Positions 54,603 to 64,000 of a stretch of 64,000 nt of DNA are shown piece after piece (the first letter of the stretch is position 1; every line of letters begins with the position of its first letter). A program made the translations under genes and the position numbers. Source of the stretch: Candidatus Omnitrophota bacterium (GTDB taxonomy: Bacteria; Omnitrophota; Gorgyraeia; Zapsychrales; Zapsychraceae); NCBI GenBank assembly GCA_020632515.1, contig JACKFK010000006.1:11876-75875 (forward strand), given 5' to 3'. The notes under the pieces are model-generated. The model saw nothing but the letters and a program-made list of their open reading frames with translations. It made no database searches and was not told where the DNA came from.

Positions 54603-55898
54603 ATGATAGATCGTTATACATTATCGAAGATGGGAAATATTTGGTCGGAAAAGCATAAAATGGAGATTATGCTTAATATTGAAGTTTTGGCCTGTGAGGC
54701 AATGTGTAAATTAGGCTTAATTCCAAAGAAATCGATGGAAAAAATCAAGAAAAATGCAAAATTTGATATAGAAGAGGTAAAAAAGTTAGAAGAGAAAACA
54801 AAACATGATGTTGTCGCCTTTATCAATAATGTTGGTCAATATATTGGACCGGAAGCACGATATTTACATATGGGGCTAACATCTTCGGATTTATTAGATA
54901 CTTCTTTGTCTGTGCAATGCGTTGAAGCTAGTGAAATTTTATTAGCAGATATTAAAAAATTATTACTTGTTTTAAAGCAAAAAGCTAAAAAGTACAAAGA
55001 TACGCCGTGTATTGCTAGAACCCATGGGGTTCACGCCGAGCCAATGACTTTCGGATTGAAATTAGCTGTCTGGTATGATGAAATGAAACGTAATTATGAG
55101 CGTATGGAACAAGCGAAAGAGATGATGAGCTATGGAAAGCTATCGGGTGCCGTGGGAACATTCGCAAATATTGATCCTTTTGTTGAGGAATATGTGTGTG
55201 AAAATCTTGGATTAAAGCCGGTTAACATTGCTACGCAGATTATTCAACGAGATCATCATTGTCAATTTGTGTCCACTTTGGCGTTGATTGGTTGTTCTTT
55301 AAATAAGATTGCCACAGAAATTCGGCTACTTCAGAAAACAGAAGTATTGGAAGTAGAAGAACCTTTTTTTAAGGGGCAAATCGGATCATCAGCCATGCCT
55401 CATAAGCGTAATCCTGTAACTTGTGAAAGAATTTCGGGACTTTCCCGTTTATTAAGATCAAATGCTCAGGCAGCGTTTGAAAATATAAGTTTGTGGCATG
55501 AACGGGATATTAGTCATTCTTCAGTAGAGCGGGTTATTCTTCCTGATAGTGCAATTGCGTTAAATTATATGTTTCATAAGATTATTCCTATCATTGATGG
55601 ATTACTTGTTTATCCTAAGAATATGATTTTTAGTTTGAGTAAAACAAAAGGATTAATTTATTCGCAGAGAGTACTATTAGAGTTAATGAAAAAAGGACTG
55701 ACTCGGGAAGCTGCTTATGAGATTATTCAGCGTTGCGCAATGCAGGTTTGGCAAGAAACTTCTGATTTTAAAGATATTCTTTATCGAGATCGAAAAGTAA
55801 GAAAATATTTAAAACCAAACGAAATTGATACATGTTTTGATATTAAATATTATACGCGCCATAGCGATCGTATTTTTAAGAAAGTGGGATTGAAATAA
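54603..55898 (+). CDS. purB: Adenylosuccinate lyase
   Basis: RYTLSKMGNIWSE, HMGLTSSDLLDT, and the signature GSSAMPHKRNP. AAGGAG lies upstream. Confidence 0.9.
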   Translation: MIDRYTLSKMGNIWSEKHKMEIMLNIEVLACEAMCKLGLIPKKSMEKIKKNAKFDIEEVKKLEEKTKHDVVAFINNVGQYIGPEARYLHMGLTSSDLLDTSLSVQCVEASEILLADIKKLLLVLKQKAKKYKDTPCIARTHGVHAEPMTFGLKLAVWYDEMKRNYERMEQAKEMMSYGKLSGAVGTFANIDPFVEEYVCENLGLKPVNIATQIIQRDHHCQFVSTLALIGCSLNKIATEIRLLQKTEVLEVEEPFFKGQIGSSAMPHKRNPVTCERISGLSRLLRSNAQAAFENISLWHERDISHSSVERVILPDSAIALNYMFHKIIPIIDGLLVYPKNMIFSLSKTKGLIYSQRVLLELMKKGLTREAAYEIIQRCAMQVWQETSDFKDILYRDRKVRKYLKPNEIDTCFDIKYYTRHSDRIFKKVGLK

Positions 55899-56602
55899 TG
55901 GAAAAAGGACAAAAACTTTACGAGGGAAAAGCTAAAATTTTATATGCAACAGCCGACCCGGATTTAGTAATTCAGTATTTCAAAGATGATGCGACAGCTT
56001 TTAATGCTAAAAAAAAGGGAACGGTTGATCAAAAAGGGGTTATTAATAACAAAATCTCGACTAAGATCTTTGAGTTTTTGAAATCCCAGGGCATTCCTAC
56101 CCATTTTGAAAAGCATTTAAGTGACCGGGAAATGTTAGTTAAAAGAGTAGAGATTGTTGCTGTTGAAGTTATTATCCGCAATAGAGCGGCGGGTTCTTTA
56201 TGTCGTCTTTTAGGTATTGAAGAAGGACGTAAAATGGTTAGTCCAATTTTAGAGTTTTGTTATAAAAGAGATGACCTGGGAGATCCGTTAATTAATGAAG
56301 ATCATATTTATGCATTAGAATTAGCAACGAGAGAAGAAATTGAAGATATTAAGAAGTATACATTAAAGATTAATGAGTTAATGAGTAAGTTTTTTGCTAA
56401 ACTTAATCTAGAACTTATTGATTTCAAACTTGAATTTGGTCGATATAAAGGTAAGATTATATTGGCTGATGAGATTTCTCCTGATACTTGTCGTCTTTGG
56501 GAAATTGGAACAGGAAAAAAATTGGATAAAGATCGCTTCCGTCATGATTTAGGAAATATTGAAGAAGCGTATAATGAAGTCTTAAGCAGGGTCAGTCAGT
56601 AG
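55898..56602 (+). CDS. purC: Phosphoribosylaminoimidazole-succinocarboxamide (SAICAR) synthase
   Basis: LYEGKAKILY, KDDATAFN, LIDFKLEFG, and SPDTCRLW. Confidence 0.9.
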   Translation: MEKGQKLYEGKAKILYATADPDLVIQYFKDDATAFNAKKKGTVDQKGVINNKISTKIFEFLKSQGIPTHFEKHLSDREMLVKRVEIVAVEVIIRNRAAGSLCRLLGIEEGRKMVSPILEFCYKRDDLGDPLINEDHIYALELATREEIEDIKKYTLKINELMSKFFAKLNLELIDFKLEFGRYKGKIILADEISPDTCRLWEIGTGKKLDKDRFRHDLGNIEEAYNEVLSRVSQ

Positions 56603-56696
56603 TAGAATTGGCTGATTTATAATTAATACGTGGATAAATTTTCCACAATAGTAATCATTATCTTTTACCCCTCAAGATTTAACCATCACTCATTCC

Positions 56697-59597
56697 ATGA
56701 TCTGGCGAATAGAGATTAAACACAAAAAAGGGATTTTTGATTCCTTTGCGGCTGGAATTCATAAAGATATTATCGACTTAGGCATAAAATCTGTTCGTGA
56801 TCTTGAAGTTGTTCAGATCTATAACCTGGAAGGTCGTCTGACAAAAGAACAAGCTTCTACGGTTGCTGCAGAACTATTAATAAATCCTCTTACACAGACC
56901 TACGCGATTTACGCGCAGAATAAGTATCAAACAAAAAAAACAATCGCAGATATACATCTTGTGGAGATTGCTTTTAATCCAGGAGTTATGGATCCTGTCG
57001 AAGAATCAACGATTAAAGCTATCAAAGATTTAGGTATCGGTGAAATAGCTGCAGTTCATACCGCTAAGCAATATTTCCTTTATGGGAAGCTTTCCCGGCA
57101 TACTATTGAAAAGATTATTGAGAAAGTTTTATCAAATAAATTAATTCAACATGAAGTTGTTGATCATACATTATTAGGTGGTGATCAGGAGAAGAAAAAT
57201 TCTGCACACTTTAATTTAATTGTTGTAGATCTTAATGATGCTTCTCAAGCGCGGTTGTTAGAAATCAGTCAGCAGGGGCAGTTATTCCTTAATTTGGATG
57301 AAATGAAGACGATTCAAGCGCATTTTCGTAAACTAGGACGCAATCCTACTGATTGTGAATTAGAGACAATTGCGCAGACGTGGAGTGAACATTGTTATCA
57401 TAAAACTTTTAGAGGAAATATTCGATTTGAATCTTATGAGAATGGAAAGAAAAAAGAAGAAGTTATCAATAATTTATTAAAATCTACTATTGTCAAAGCA
57501 ACCTATGAAATTAATAAGCCTTGGTGTGTATCAGTATTTCATGATAATGCTGGTGTTATTGAATTTGATGAGCAAGACAATATATGCTTTAAAGTTGAAA
57601 CACACAATCATCCATCTGCTTTAGAACCTTTTGGAGGCGCTAATACTGGAATTGGCGGAGTTATTCGCGATACTTTAGGAACAGGTTTAGGGGCTAAACC
57701 AATTTGCTGTACAGATGTTTTTTGTTTTGCTCCGCCGGACATGCCGGAAAAAGACGTTCCACCAGGATCTCTACATCCTAAAAGGGTTATGAAGGGCGTG
57801 GTTAGTGGTGTAAAGGATTATGGGAACAAAATGGGTATTCCGACGGTCAATGGAGCTATTCTCTTTGATCGAAGATTTGTGGGTAATCCTTTGGTTTATT
57901 GCGGAAATGTTGGAATTATGCCCAAAGATAAAGTTGAGAAGAAAGTTTATAATAAGGATTTAATTGTTGTTGTCGGCGGCAAAACAGGTAGAGATGGTAT
58001 TCACGGAGCTACTTTTTCTTCAGGTGAGTTAACAAGTGAATCGGAAGTTGTTTCTTCCGGAGCGGTGCAAATTGGAAATCCGATTCAAGAAAAAAAAGTG
58101 CAGGACGCGTTACTTAAAGCGCGAGATAGAGGATTATATTCTGCTATTACAGACTGCGGAGCTGGCGGATTATCTAGCGCTATCGGGGAAATGGGAGCTG
58201 AGTTAGGAGCTCGTGTTGATTTGGATAAGGTGCCTTTGAAGTATGACGGCTTAATGTATATGGAAATATGGATTTCAGAATCACAGGAACGAATGGTTTT
58301 ATCAGTTCCGCAAAAACATATTGATCAATTATTAGATGTGTTTGCTCAAGAAAATGTTGAGGCAACCGTTATTGGTGAGTTTACTTCTACAGGAAAATTA
58401 GAATTATATTTTCATAATTGTCAGGTGTGCAGTTTGGATATGTCGTTTCTCCATGACGGAATTCTTAGACTTACTAAGAGTGCTGTTTGGAAACCATCTA
58501 AAGAAAAAGAGCCGCGATTAGAGCCGAAACAAAATTTAACAAAAACATTGTTGCAGGCTTTGGGGCATTATAACGTTTGTTCAAAGGAATGGGTGATACG
58601 ACAGTATGATCATGAGGTGCAAGGAACAAGTGTTATAAAACCGTTAGTTGGAGTTCATTGTGATGGACCGTCTGATGCCAGTGTTATCGCTCCTAAGTTT
58701 GGAAATGTTAAAGGAATTGCGATCGCTAATGGCATTAATTTTCGTTATGGGCTTATAGATCCATATTGGATGGCAATTTCTAATATTGATGAAGCTTTAC
58801 GGCAGATTGTTGCCGTCGGGGGATCAATTGAGCGAATAGCGATATTGGATAATTTCTGTTGGGGTAACCCTGATAAACCTGATCGTTTGGGAGGTTTGGT
58901 TCGGGCGGCGCAAGGGTGTTATCAGGCCGCGGTTAGTTTTCAAGTACCGTTTATTTCAGGAAAAGATAGTTTATATAATGAATATACGCAAGGAAAAGAA
59001 TCGATTGCCATTCCAGGCACCCTATTGATCTCAGCGATCGGGATTGTTGAAGATGTTCGTAAAACTTTAACAATGGATTTTAAATCCGCAGGAAACCTAA
59101 TTTATTGTGTTGGATTAACCAAAGATGAGTTGGGCGGATCAATCTATTATGATTTGTATAACTGTTTGGGTAAATCGGTTCCAGTTGTTGATTTTCCTGC
59201 CGCTGTCAAAATTTTTAAAAAATTACATCAGGCTGTGCAAGGTGGTTATATTGCGGCAATGCATGATGTGTCTGAAGGGGGGATTGGTGTTGCTCTGGCC
59301 GAAATGGCGTTCAGCGGAGATTTGGGAGTGAATGTTAATTTAAGCAGAGTTCCTTATCAAGGCAAGAAACGAGATGATTATATCCTTTTTTCAGAGTCTA
59401 ATACACGGTTTATCGTCGAAATTCCAAAAGAATATCAAGATTCTTTTGAAACAATAATGCAAGATGTTTTATTTGGTTTAATTGGTGAAGTGACTGACAA
59501 TGCTCATTTTATTATCCATGGAGTAACGCAGGATGTTTGTATTAAAACAACAATTACCAAATTAAAAGATTCTTGGCAAAAACCGTTACGGTGGTAA
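56697..59597 (+). CDS. purL: FGAM synthase subunit PurL (small type) with two fused N-terminal PurS-like modules
   Basis: Approximately aa 1-75 and 95-170 are PurS-like (second module: VEIAFNPGVMDPVEESTIKAIKDLGI). The PurL core follows (ELETIAQTWSEHCYHKTF, VETHNHPSALEPFGGANTGIGGVIRD, GKDSL). No glutaminase domain is present; purQ is a separate gene. Confidence 0.85.
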   Translation: MIWRIEIKHKKGIFDSFAAGIHKDIIDLGIKSVRDLEVVQIYNLEGRLTKEQASTVAAELLINPLTQTYAIYAQNKYQTKKTIADIHLVEIAFNPGVMDPVEESTIKAIKDLGIGEIAAVHTAKQYFLYGKLSRHTIEKIIEKVLSNKLIQHEVVDHTLLGGDQEKKNSAHFNLIVVDLNDASQARLLEISQQGQLFLNLDEMKTIQAHFRKLGRNPTDCELETIAQTWSEHCYHKTFRGNIRFESYENGKKKEEVINNLLKSTIVKATYEINKPWCVSVFHDNAGVIEFDEQDNICFKVETHNHPSALEPFGGANTGIGGVIRDTLGTGLGAKPICCTDVFCFAPPDMPEKDVPPGSLHPKRVMKGVVSGVKDYGNKMGIPTVNGAILFDRRFVGNPLVYCGNVGIMPKDKVEKKVYNKDLIVVVGGKTGRDGIHGATFSSGELTSESEVVSSGAVQIGNPIQEKKVQDALLKARDRGLYSAITDCGAGGLSSAIGEMGAELGARVDLDKVPLKYDGLMYMEIWISESQERMVLSVPQKHIDQLLDVFAQENVEATVIGEFTSTGKLELYFHNCQVCSLDMSFLHDGILRLTKSAVWKPSKEKEPRLEPKQNLTKTLLQALGHYNVCSKEWVIRQYDHEVQGTSVIKPLVGVHCDGPSDASVIAPKFGNVKGIAIANGINFRYGLIDPYWMAISNIDEALRQIVAVGGSIERIAILDNFCWGNPDKPDRLGGLVRAAQGCYQAAVSFQVPFISGKDSLYNEYTQGKESIAIPGTLLISAIGIVEDVRKTLTMDFKSAGNLIYCVGLTKDELGGSIYYDLYNCLGKSVPVVDFPAAVKIFKKLHQAVQGGYIAAMHDVSEGGIGVALAEMAFSGDLGVNVNLSRVPYQGKKRDDYILFSESNTRFIVEIPKEYQDSFETIMQDVLFGLIGEVTDNAHFIIHGVTQDVCIKTTITKLKDSWQKPLRW

Positions 59598-59604
59598 AGT
59601 TATC

Positions 59605-60081
59605 TTGGCAAGATTATTTCGGTATATATTTTTAATACTTTTTGTTCTTTTGATAATTGTTTTTATTACATCACCTATTTTATATTTTTTTTATGCCTTT
59701 ACTGAAAATGATCAATATCGATATCAACAAAAAACTATACATGATTTAAAATTGCGGATAGGATTTGATTTAATTGCGGTTGTTGATGACGCGCAAAATC
59801 GTTTTCTTATATTTAATAAGATTGTTCAAGGAAGTTTAGCGCAGCAAGCAGGTATTAAGCCTGGTGATGCGCTTGCCTTTGAATCGATACAAGAATTTTT
59901 TGAATTATTACAAGTTAATCAGGGAAAGACTTTAACTTTTCCTGTTTATCGGCGAGCTGTAAAATGGGATATTCAATTAAATATACCTCTTGTAACAGAA
60001 CATCAGTTGTATCAAGGGTTTTTCTGGTCTTTGTTGCGTAAAATGTTTTCTCATGAACAATATTATTTTAAAGAAGGCTAG
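59605..60081 (+). CDS. Membrane-anchored small protein with a PDZ-like segment
   Basis: N-terminal TM helix, then IVQGSLAQQAGIKPGDALAF, which resembles the PDZ carboxylate-binding region. TTG start in the track. Confidence 0.4.
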   Translation: MARLFRYIFLILFVLLIIVFITSPILYFFYAFTENDQYRYQQKTIHDLKLRIGFDLIAVVDDAQNRFLIFNKIVQGSLAQQAGIKPGDALAFESIQEFFELLQVNQGKTLTFPVYRRAVKWDIQLNIPLVTEHQLYQGFFWSLLRKMFSHEQYYFKEG

Positions 60082-60120
60082 TTTTAGATTTTTAAAGAAG
60101 CTTATGAAAAAAGAGGTGTT

Positions 60121-60798
60121 TTGATGGTGAAAAAAGTAATTAAGAAAAATCAAAGAAAGACACGTATGGAAGACCTTAAAATGGAAGATCCATGGCGGGT
60201 TTTTCGAATTATGTCTGAATTTGTGGATGGATTTCATGAACTTTCCGAGGTCAGTAATGCCGTGAGTATATTTGGTTCTGCCCGAACTAAAAAAACGCAT
60301 CGTTGGTATAAGCAAGCAGAAAAAACGGCTGAACTTTTGGTGAAGAAAGGGTATTCTGTTATTACGGGTGGAGGACCTGGTATCATGGAAGGTGGTAATA
60401 AAGGTGCGGCTCAAGCTAAGGGAGAATCAATTGGTCTTAATATTGATTTACCTTTTGAACAAAAACCGAACCGGTATGTTAACCATCTTATCAACTTTCA
60501 TTATTTCTTTTGCCGTAAGGTTATGTTTGTTAAGTATGCTAAAGCTTTTGTCATTTTTCCGGGAGGTTTCGGAACGCTTGATGAGTTGTTTGAAAGTCTA
60601 ACTCTTATTCAGACAAAACGCATGGAAGCCTTTCCTGTCATTTTATTTGACAGTGAATTCTGGGGAGATTTAGTCCAATGGATGAAAAATTCAGTGTTAA
60701 AGGCCAATAATATTGATGCCAAAGATTTAGATTTATTTAAAGTTGTGGATACTCCGGAAGAAGTTCTTCAAGTTATTAATAAATTTTATAATTCTTAA
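60121..60798 (+). CDS. LOG-family (TIGR00730-type) nucleotide 5'-monophosphate phosphoribohydrolase
   Basis: IFGSAR, GGGPGIMEGGNKGA and PGGFGTLDELFE are the LOG family motifs. Confidence 0.8.
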   Translation: MMVKKVIKKNQRKTRMEDLKMEDPWRVFRIMSEFVDGFHELSEVSNAVSIFGSARTKKTHRWYKQAEKTAELLVKKGYSVITGGGPGIMEGGNKGAAQAKGESIGLNIDLPFEQKPNRYVNHLINFHYFFCRKVMFVKYAKAFVIFPGGFGTLDELFESLTLIQTKRMEAFPVILFDSEFWGDLVQWMKNSVLKANNIDAKDLDLFKVVDTPEEVLQVINKFYNS

Positions 60799-60799
60799 T

Positions 60800-61618
60800 A
60801 TGTCTAAGATCGTTAAAGTTATAGTTTTAAGAACGGCTGGAACAAATTGTGATGAAGAAACAGCATCAGCATTTCGCAATTTTGGCGCCAGTGTCGAAAA
60901 AGTGCATATTCAACAAATTATTAAGAAGAAATCTATTTTAAAAGATTATCATATTTTAGCTATTCCCGGAGGTTTTACTTACGGTGATGATATTGAATCG
61001 GGGCGTATTTTAGCGAATGAACTCACGCAGCATTTATCGAGTGAACTGAAAACATTTATTAAAGATGGGAAATTAATCATTGGAATTTGTAATGGATTCC
61101 AAGTTTTAGTCAAGTCGGGAATTCTACCAGGAAATTGCGCGCAGAAAGAAAATAATAGGGATTTATTTAATGAAGAAGTCACTTTAGCATTTAATGATTC
61201 AGGTAAGTTTGAAGATCGATGGACTTATTTGAAAAGTAATAATAAATGTGTATGGACAAAGAATTTACCAAAGATTGTATATTTTCCAGTGGCGCATGCG
61301 GAAGGAAAGTTTATAACCCGCAACAAAACGATTTTATCTCGATTAAAAAATAGTGGCCAAATAGTTTTTCAGTATTGTTCTCAAGATGGAAACGTTCCAG
61401 CATATCCACAAAATCCTAATGGATCCCAGGATAATATTGCGGGAATTACCGATGATACTGGTCGGATTCTTGGATTAATGCCGCATCCCGAACGTCATTT
61501 TTTTTCTTATCACCATCCTTTTTGGACAAGGTTTAAACATTTAGAAAAATACGGAGATGGTGCCAAGATTTTTGAAAATGGTGTAAATTATGTTAAGAAA
61601 GAATTGTTGGGTTCTTAA
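60800..61618 (+). CDS. purQ: FGAM synthase glutamine amidotransferase subunit
   Basis: VLRTAGTNCDEE, the nucleophile GICNGFQ, and MPHPER. Start moved to the ATG at 60800, 2 nt after the LOG stop. Confidence 0.85.
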   Translation: MSKIVKVIVLRTAGTNCDEETASAFRNFGASVEKVHIQQIIKKKSILKDYHILAIPGGFTYGDDIESGRILANELTQHLSSELKTFIKDGKLIIGICNGFQVLVKSGILPGNCAQKENNRDLFNEEVTLAFNDSGKFEDRWTYLKSNNKCVWTKNLPKIVYFPVAHAEGKFITRNKTILSRLKNSGQIVFQYCSQDGNVPAYPQNPNGSQDNIAGITDDTGRILGLMPHPERHFFSYHHPFWTRFKHLEKYGDGAKIFENGVNYVKKELLGS

Positions 61619-61651
61619 TTAACAACTGTCGATGGATAATTGAAATTAAAT

Positions 61652-62656
61652 ATGAAGAAATCAATTACTTATAAGACTAGTGGTGTTGATATCAATAAAG
61701 CAAATGTTTTTGTTAATGCTATCAAATCGGATATGGCTAAAACAAAAGATGCTGCGGTTATTGATCGTAAAGGATCATTTGGGGCTTTGTACGCGTTAGC
61801 TGGAGAAAAATTTAAACAACCTGTTTTGGTTTCTTCAACAGATGGAGTTGGAACAAAGTTGTTACTTGCTCAGCAATTTGGGGTGCATCATACTGTTGGA
61901 ATTGATTTAGTTGCGATGAATGTGAATGATATCTTGTGTACGGGAGCAAAACCCTTGTTTTTTCTGGATTACATTGCTTGCGGCAAATTAAAACCTAAAG
62001 TTTTACAGGCCGTTGTAAAAGGTATTGCGCAAGGTTGTCAGCAAGCTGGATGCAGCTTAATTGGTGGCGAAACTGCTGAGATGCCGGGGATGTACAATGC
62101 GGAAGAATATGATTTGGCTGGTTTTGCTGTTGGGGTTGTTGAGAAAAGTAAGATTATTGATGGACGGAAAATTGCTGTTGGTGATTGTGTCATCGGGTTG
62201 CCTTCCAGCGGAATTCATTCAAATGGATATTCATTAGTGCGTAAGGTTTTTAATGAGAATCAGCAAAAACGTCTGAAAAAAGAGTTATTAATGCCAACGA
62301 AGATTTATGTAAAAGAAATTTTGCCCTTATTAGAAAAATTTTTGATAAAAGGCGCGGCTCATATTACTGGCGGAGCTTTTTATGAAAAGTTAACAAAAGT
62401 CTTACCAAAGAATATGTGTTTTGTAATTAATAAAGGAAGCTGGCCAGTGCCGAAAATATTTCAATTAATTCAAAGTCAGGGAAATATAACGGATTCAGAA
62501 ATGTATCGGACGTTTAATATGGGGATTGGGTTTGCGTTGATAATCTCTAATCAGGATAAATCAAAAATTTTGTCCTATTTAAAGAGAAAACAGATAGAAT
62601 ATTATGAAATCGGTAGTGTAGTTAAAGATTCACGAAAAAGAATTATTTTTAATTAA
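61652..62656 (+). CDS. purM: Phosphoribosylformylglycinamidine cyclo-ligase (AIR synthase)
   Basis: YKTSGVDI, DGVGTKL, DLVAMNVNDI, and HSNGYSL. Confidence 0.9.
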   Translation: MKKSITYKTSGVDINKANVFVNAIKSDMAKTKDAAVIDRKGSFGALYALAGEKFKQPVLVSSTDGVGTKLLLAQQFGVHHTVGIDLVAMNVNDILCTGAKPLFFLDYIACGKLKPKVLQAVVKGIAQGCQQAGCSLIGGETAEMPGMYNAEEYDLAGFAVGVVEKSKIIDGRKIAVGDCVIGLPSSGIHSNGYSLVRKVFNENQQKRLKKELLMPTKIYVKEILPLLEKFLIKGAAHITGGAFYEKLTKVLPKNMCFVINKGSWPVPKIFQLIQSQGNITDSEMYRTFNMGIGFALIISNQDKSKILSYLKRKQIEYYEIGSVVKDSRKRIIFN

Positions 62657-62688
62657 ATATTTCTAACTTAGGATAAAGGAGTCATTCA

Positions 62689-63990
62689 ATGAAGATTTTA
62701 TTAATAGGTTCTGGCGGTCGTGAACATGCTTTAGCATGGAAAATTAAACAAAGTCCGCTGACAAAAAAACTTTATTGTGCTCCCGGAAATGGTGGGATGG
62801 CTGAAATCGCGGAGTGTGTGGATATTCAAGCGCATGAAATTGATCAATTATTGGCTTTTGCTAAACGGAATAAAATTGATTTAACGGTTGTTGGTCCTGA
62901 AGCTCCATTGGTAGAAGGGATTGTTGATGTGTTTGAGAATGCTGGGCTTAAAATTTTTGGTCCGAATAAAATGGCCGCTCAATTAGAAGGAAGTAAAGTT
63001 CTGGCTAAGGAATTTATGCAGCGATGTAATATCCCAACGGCGCAATTTCGAGTCTACAATCGGATTGATGAAGCTAAAGAATTCTTGACACGGGCTCATT
63101 TTCCATTAGTTATTAAAGCGGATGGATTAGCATCAGGAAAAGGGGTTTTTATTTGTAAAGATCTTTTAGCAGCGGAAGAGGCCCTTAATCAGATTATGAA
63201 AAAGAAAATTTTTAAAGAAGCTGGTAAACAGGTTATTATCGAAGAATGTCTGGAAGGTGAGGAAGCCTCTATTTTGGTTGTTAGTGATGGAAATGATTAT
63301 GTTATTTTAGAATCCTCACAGGATCATAAACGTTTATTTGACGATGATCTTGGTCCAAATACGGGAGGGATGGGGGCCTATTCACCGTCTCCGGCTATTT
63401 TCGGGGATTTACTTGAAAAGATTGACGCTCGAATTATTGATCCGACGATAAGAGGGATGAAAAGAGATGGCGCCCCATTTAAAGGCGTGCTTTATGTCGG
63501 ATTAATGTTAACAGAGGATGGTCCTTTTGTTTTGGAATATAATGTAAGATTTGGTGATCCGGAAACGCAAGCGGTATTGCCACGTTTAAAAACAGATATT
63601 GTTAAAATTTTACAAGCTAGCTGTGATGGAAAAATGAAGAAGGTTAACCTGGAATGGGATCATCGGGCCTGTGTTTGTGTGGTAATGAGTTCAGGTGGTT
63701 ATCCGGGAGAATATGAAAATGGAAAAGAAATATTTGGTTTAGATAAAATTCCAGAGACCAGTGATCAAATTGTTTTTCATGCGGGAACAATAAAGAAAGA
63801 TCATAAAATATTAACATCTGGCGGACGGGTTTTAGGCGTGACTGCGTTAGGTGATGGTATTAGTAAGGCTATTGAGAATGTTTATGAAATAGTGGATAAA
63901 ATTAAATTTGAAAAGTGTTTTTTCCGTCGAGATATAGGAGCAAAAGGTTTATTACATATTAGTAATTCTACTAGATTGACAAGAACCTGA
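62689..63990 (+). CDS. purD: Phosphoribosylamine-glycine ligase
   Basis: MKILLIGSGGREHALAWK, VIKADGLASGKGV, GPNTGGMGAYSP, EYNVRFGDPE, and FFRRDIG. Confidence 0.9.
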   Translation: MKILLIGSGGREHALAWKIKQSPLTKKLYCAPGNGGMAEIAECVDIQAHEIDQLLAFAKRNKIDLTVVGPEAPLVEGIVDVFENAGLKIFGPNKMAAQLEGSKVLAKEFMQRCNIPTAQFRVYNRIDEAKEFLTRAHFPLVIKADGLASGKGVFICKDLLAAEEALNQIMKKKIFKEAGKQVIIEECLEGEEASILVVSDGNDYVILESSQDHKRLFDDDLGPNTGGMGAYSPSPAIFGDLLEKIDARIIDPTIRGMKRDGAPFKGVLYVGLMLTEDGPFVLEYNVRFGDPETQAVLPRLKTDIVKILQASCDGKMKKVNLEWDHRACVCVVMSSGGYPGEYENGKEIFGLDKIPETSDQIVFHAGTIKKDHKILTSGGRVLGVTALGDGISKAIENVYEIVDKIKFEKCFFRRDIGAKGLLHISNSTRLTRT

Positions 63991-64000
63991 TATGAAGGTG

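Noticed and set aside
59977-60414. 145-aa minus-strand ORF. Other long antisense or alternative-frame ORFs occur at 2524-2877, 45799-46128, 46234-46545, 42629-42934, 4040-4315 and 40088-40342.
   Set aside because: Each lies entirely inside a + strand gene with strong family motifs. They have low-complexity or biased composition and no RBS. They look like shadow ORFs, which are common in low-GC DNA.
63992-64000. ATGAAGGTG at the window edge as the start of the next gene
   Set aside because: Only three codons are visible, so no call is possible.

Overview
This is a densely coded, low-GC bacterial chromosomal segment with almost all genes on the + strand. No rRNA genes, CRISPR array, transposase or integrase is visible. 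The lineage looks uncultivated: it has several TPR-bearing GT-C membrane proteins, ORF6N paralogues and class-B radical SAMs. An Omnitrophota/PVC-like origin is only a guess.

Gene order:
- (1) 1-9054: a cell-envelope locus with a sugar-nucleotide epimerase fragment, two B12-type radical SAM enzymes, a YfhO-like membrane protein and two TMTC/PMT-like membrane+TPR proteins.
- (2) 9075-12379: the only sizeable minus-strand block, comM/yifB bracketed by three ORF6N (KilA-N-type) paralogues, one of them frameshifted.
- (3) 12685-16364: housekeeping genes (divergent PAP2, LysM-YkuD transpeptidase, accA, rlmN).
- (4) 16573-29552: a glycogen/maltodextrin cluster (glgB, glgX, glgP, small wHTH, treZ, malQ), then a PurD-like ATP-grasp paralogue and mgtE.
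- (5) 29590-32754: a GT-C/TPR + GT2 + membrane protein trio.
- (6) 32760-33692: a secreted Met/Gln-rich protein, then tRNA-Leu(CAA) and tRNA-Ala(GGC).
- (7) 33884-44202: cysteine desulfurase, birA, bioF, bioH, bioC and a fused bioD-bioA (no bioB), then mnmA, trhO and pgi.
- (8) 44989-48031: tatA, tatC and an SLC12-like cation-chloride cotransporter homologue.
- (9) 48028-48984: small secreted and small basic proteins, including an untracked 29-codon Lys/Ala-repeat micro-ORF built on a 27-bp tandem repeat.
- (10) 49252-54240: hemW, a fourth GT-C/TPR protein, a polyprenyl synthase and a DUF2059-like protein.
- (11) 54603-63990: a purine operon, purB-purC-purS/S/L fusion-(PDZ protein)-(LOG protein)-purQ-purM-purD.

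Best candidates for something undescribed:
- Perfect or near-perfect palindromes sit inside the ORF6N coding sequences and appear to co-vary between paralogues.
- Two radical SAM genes form an apparent operon with three GT-C-type membrane proteins.
- TMTC-like GT-C/TPR proteins recur four times, next to a lipid-carrier glycosyltransferase and a prenyl synthase.
- The Lys/Ala micro-ORF.
- The PurD-like ATP-grasp paralogue.
- The LOG/PDZ insertion in the pur operon.

All calls rest on reading the translations and DNA by eye. No searches, folding or statistics were run.
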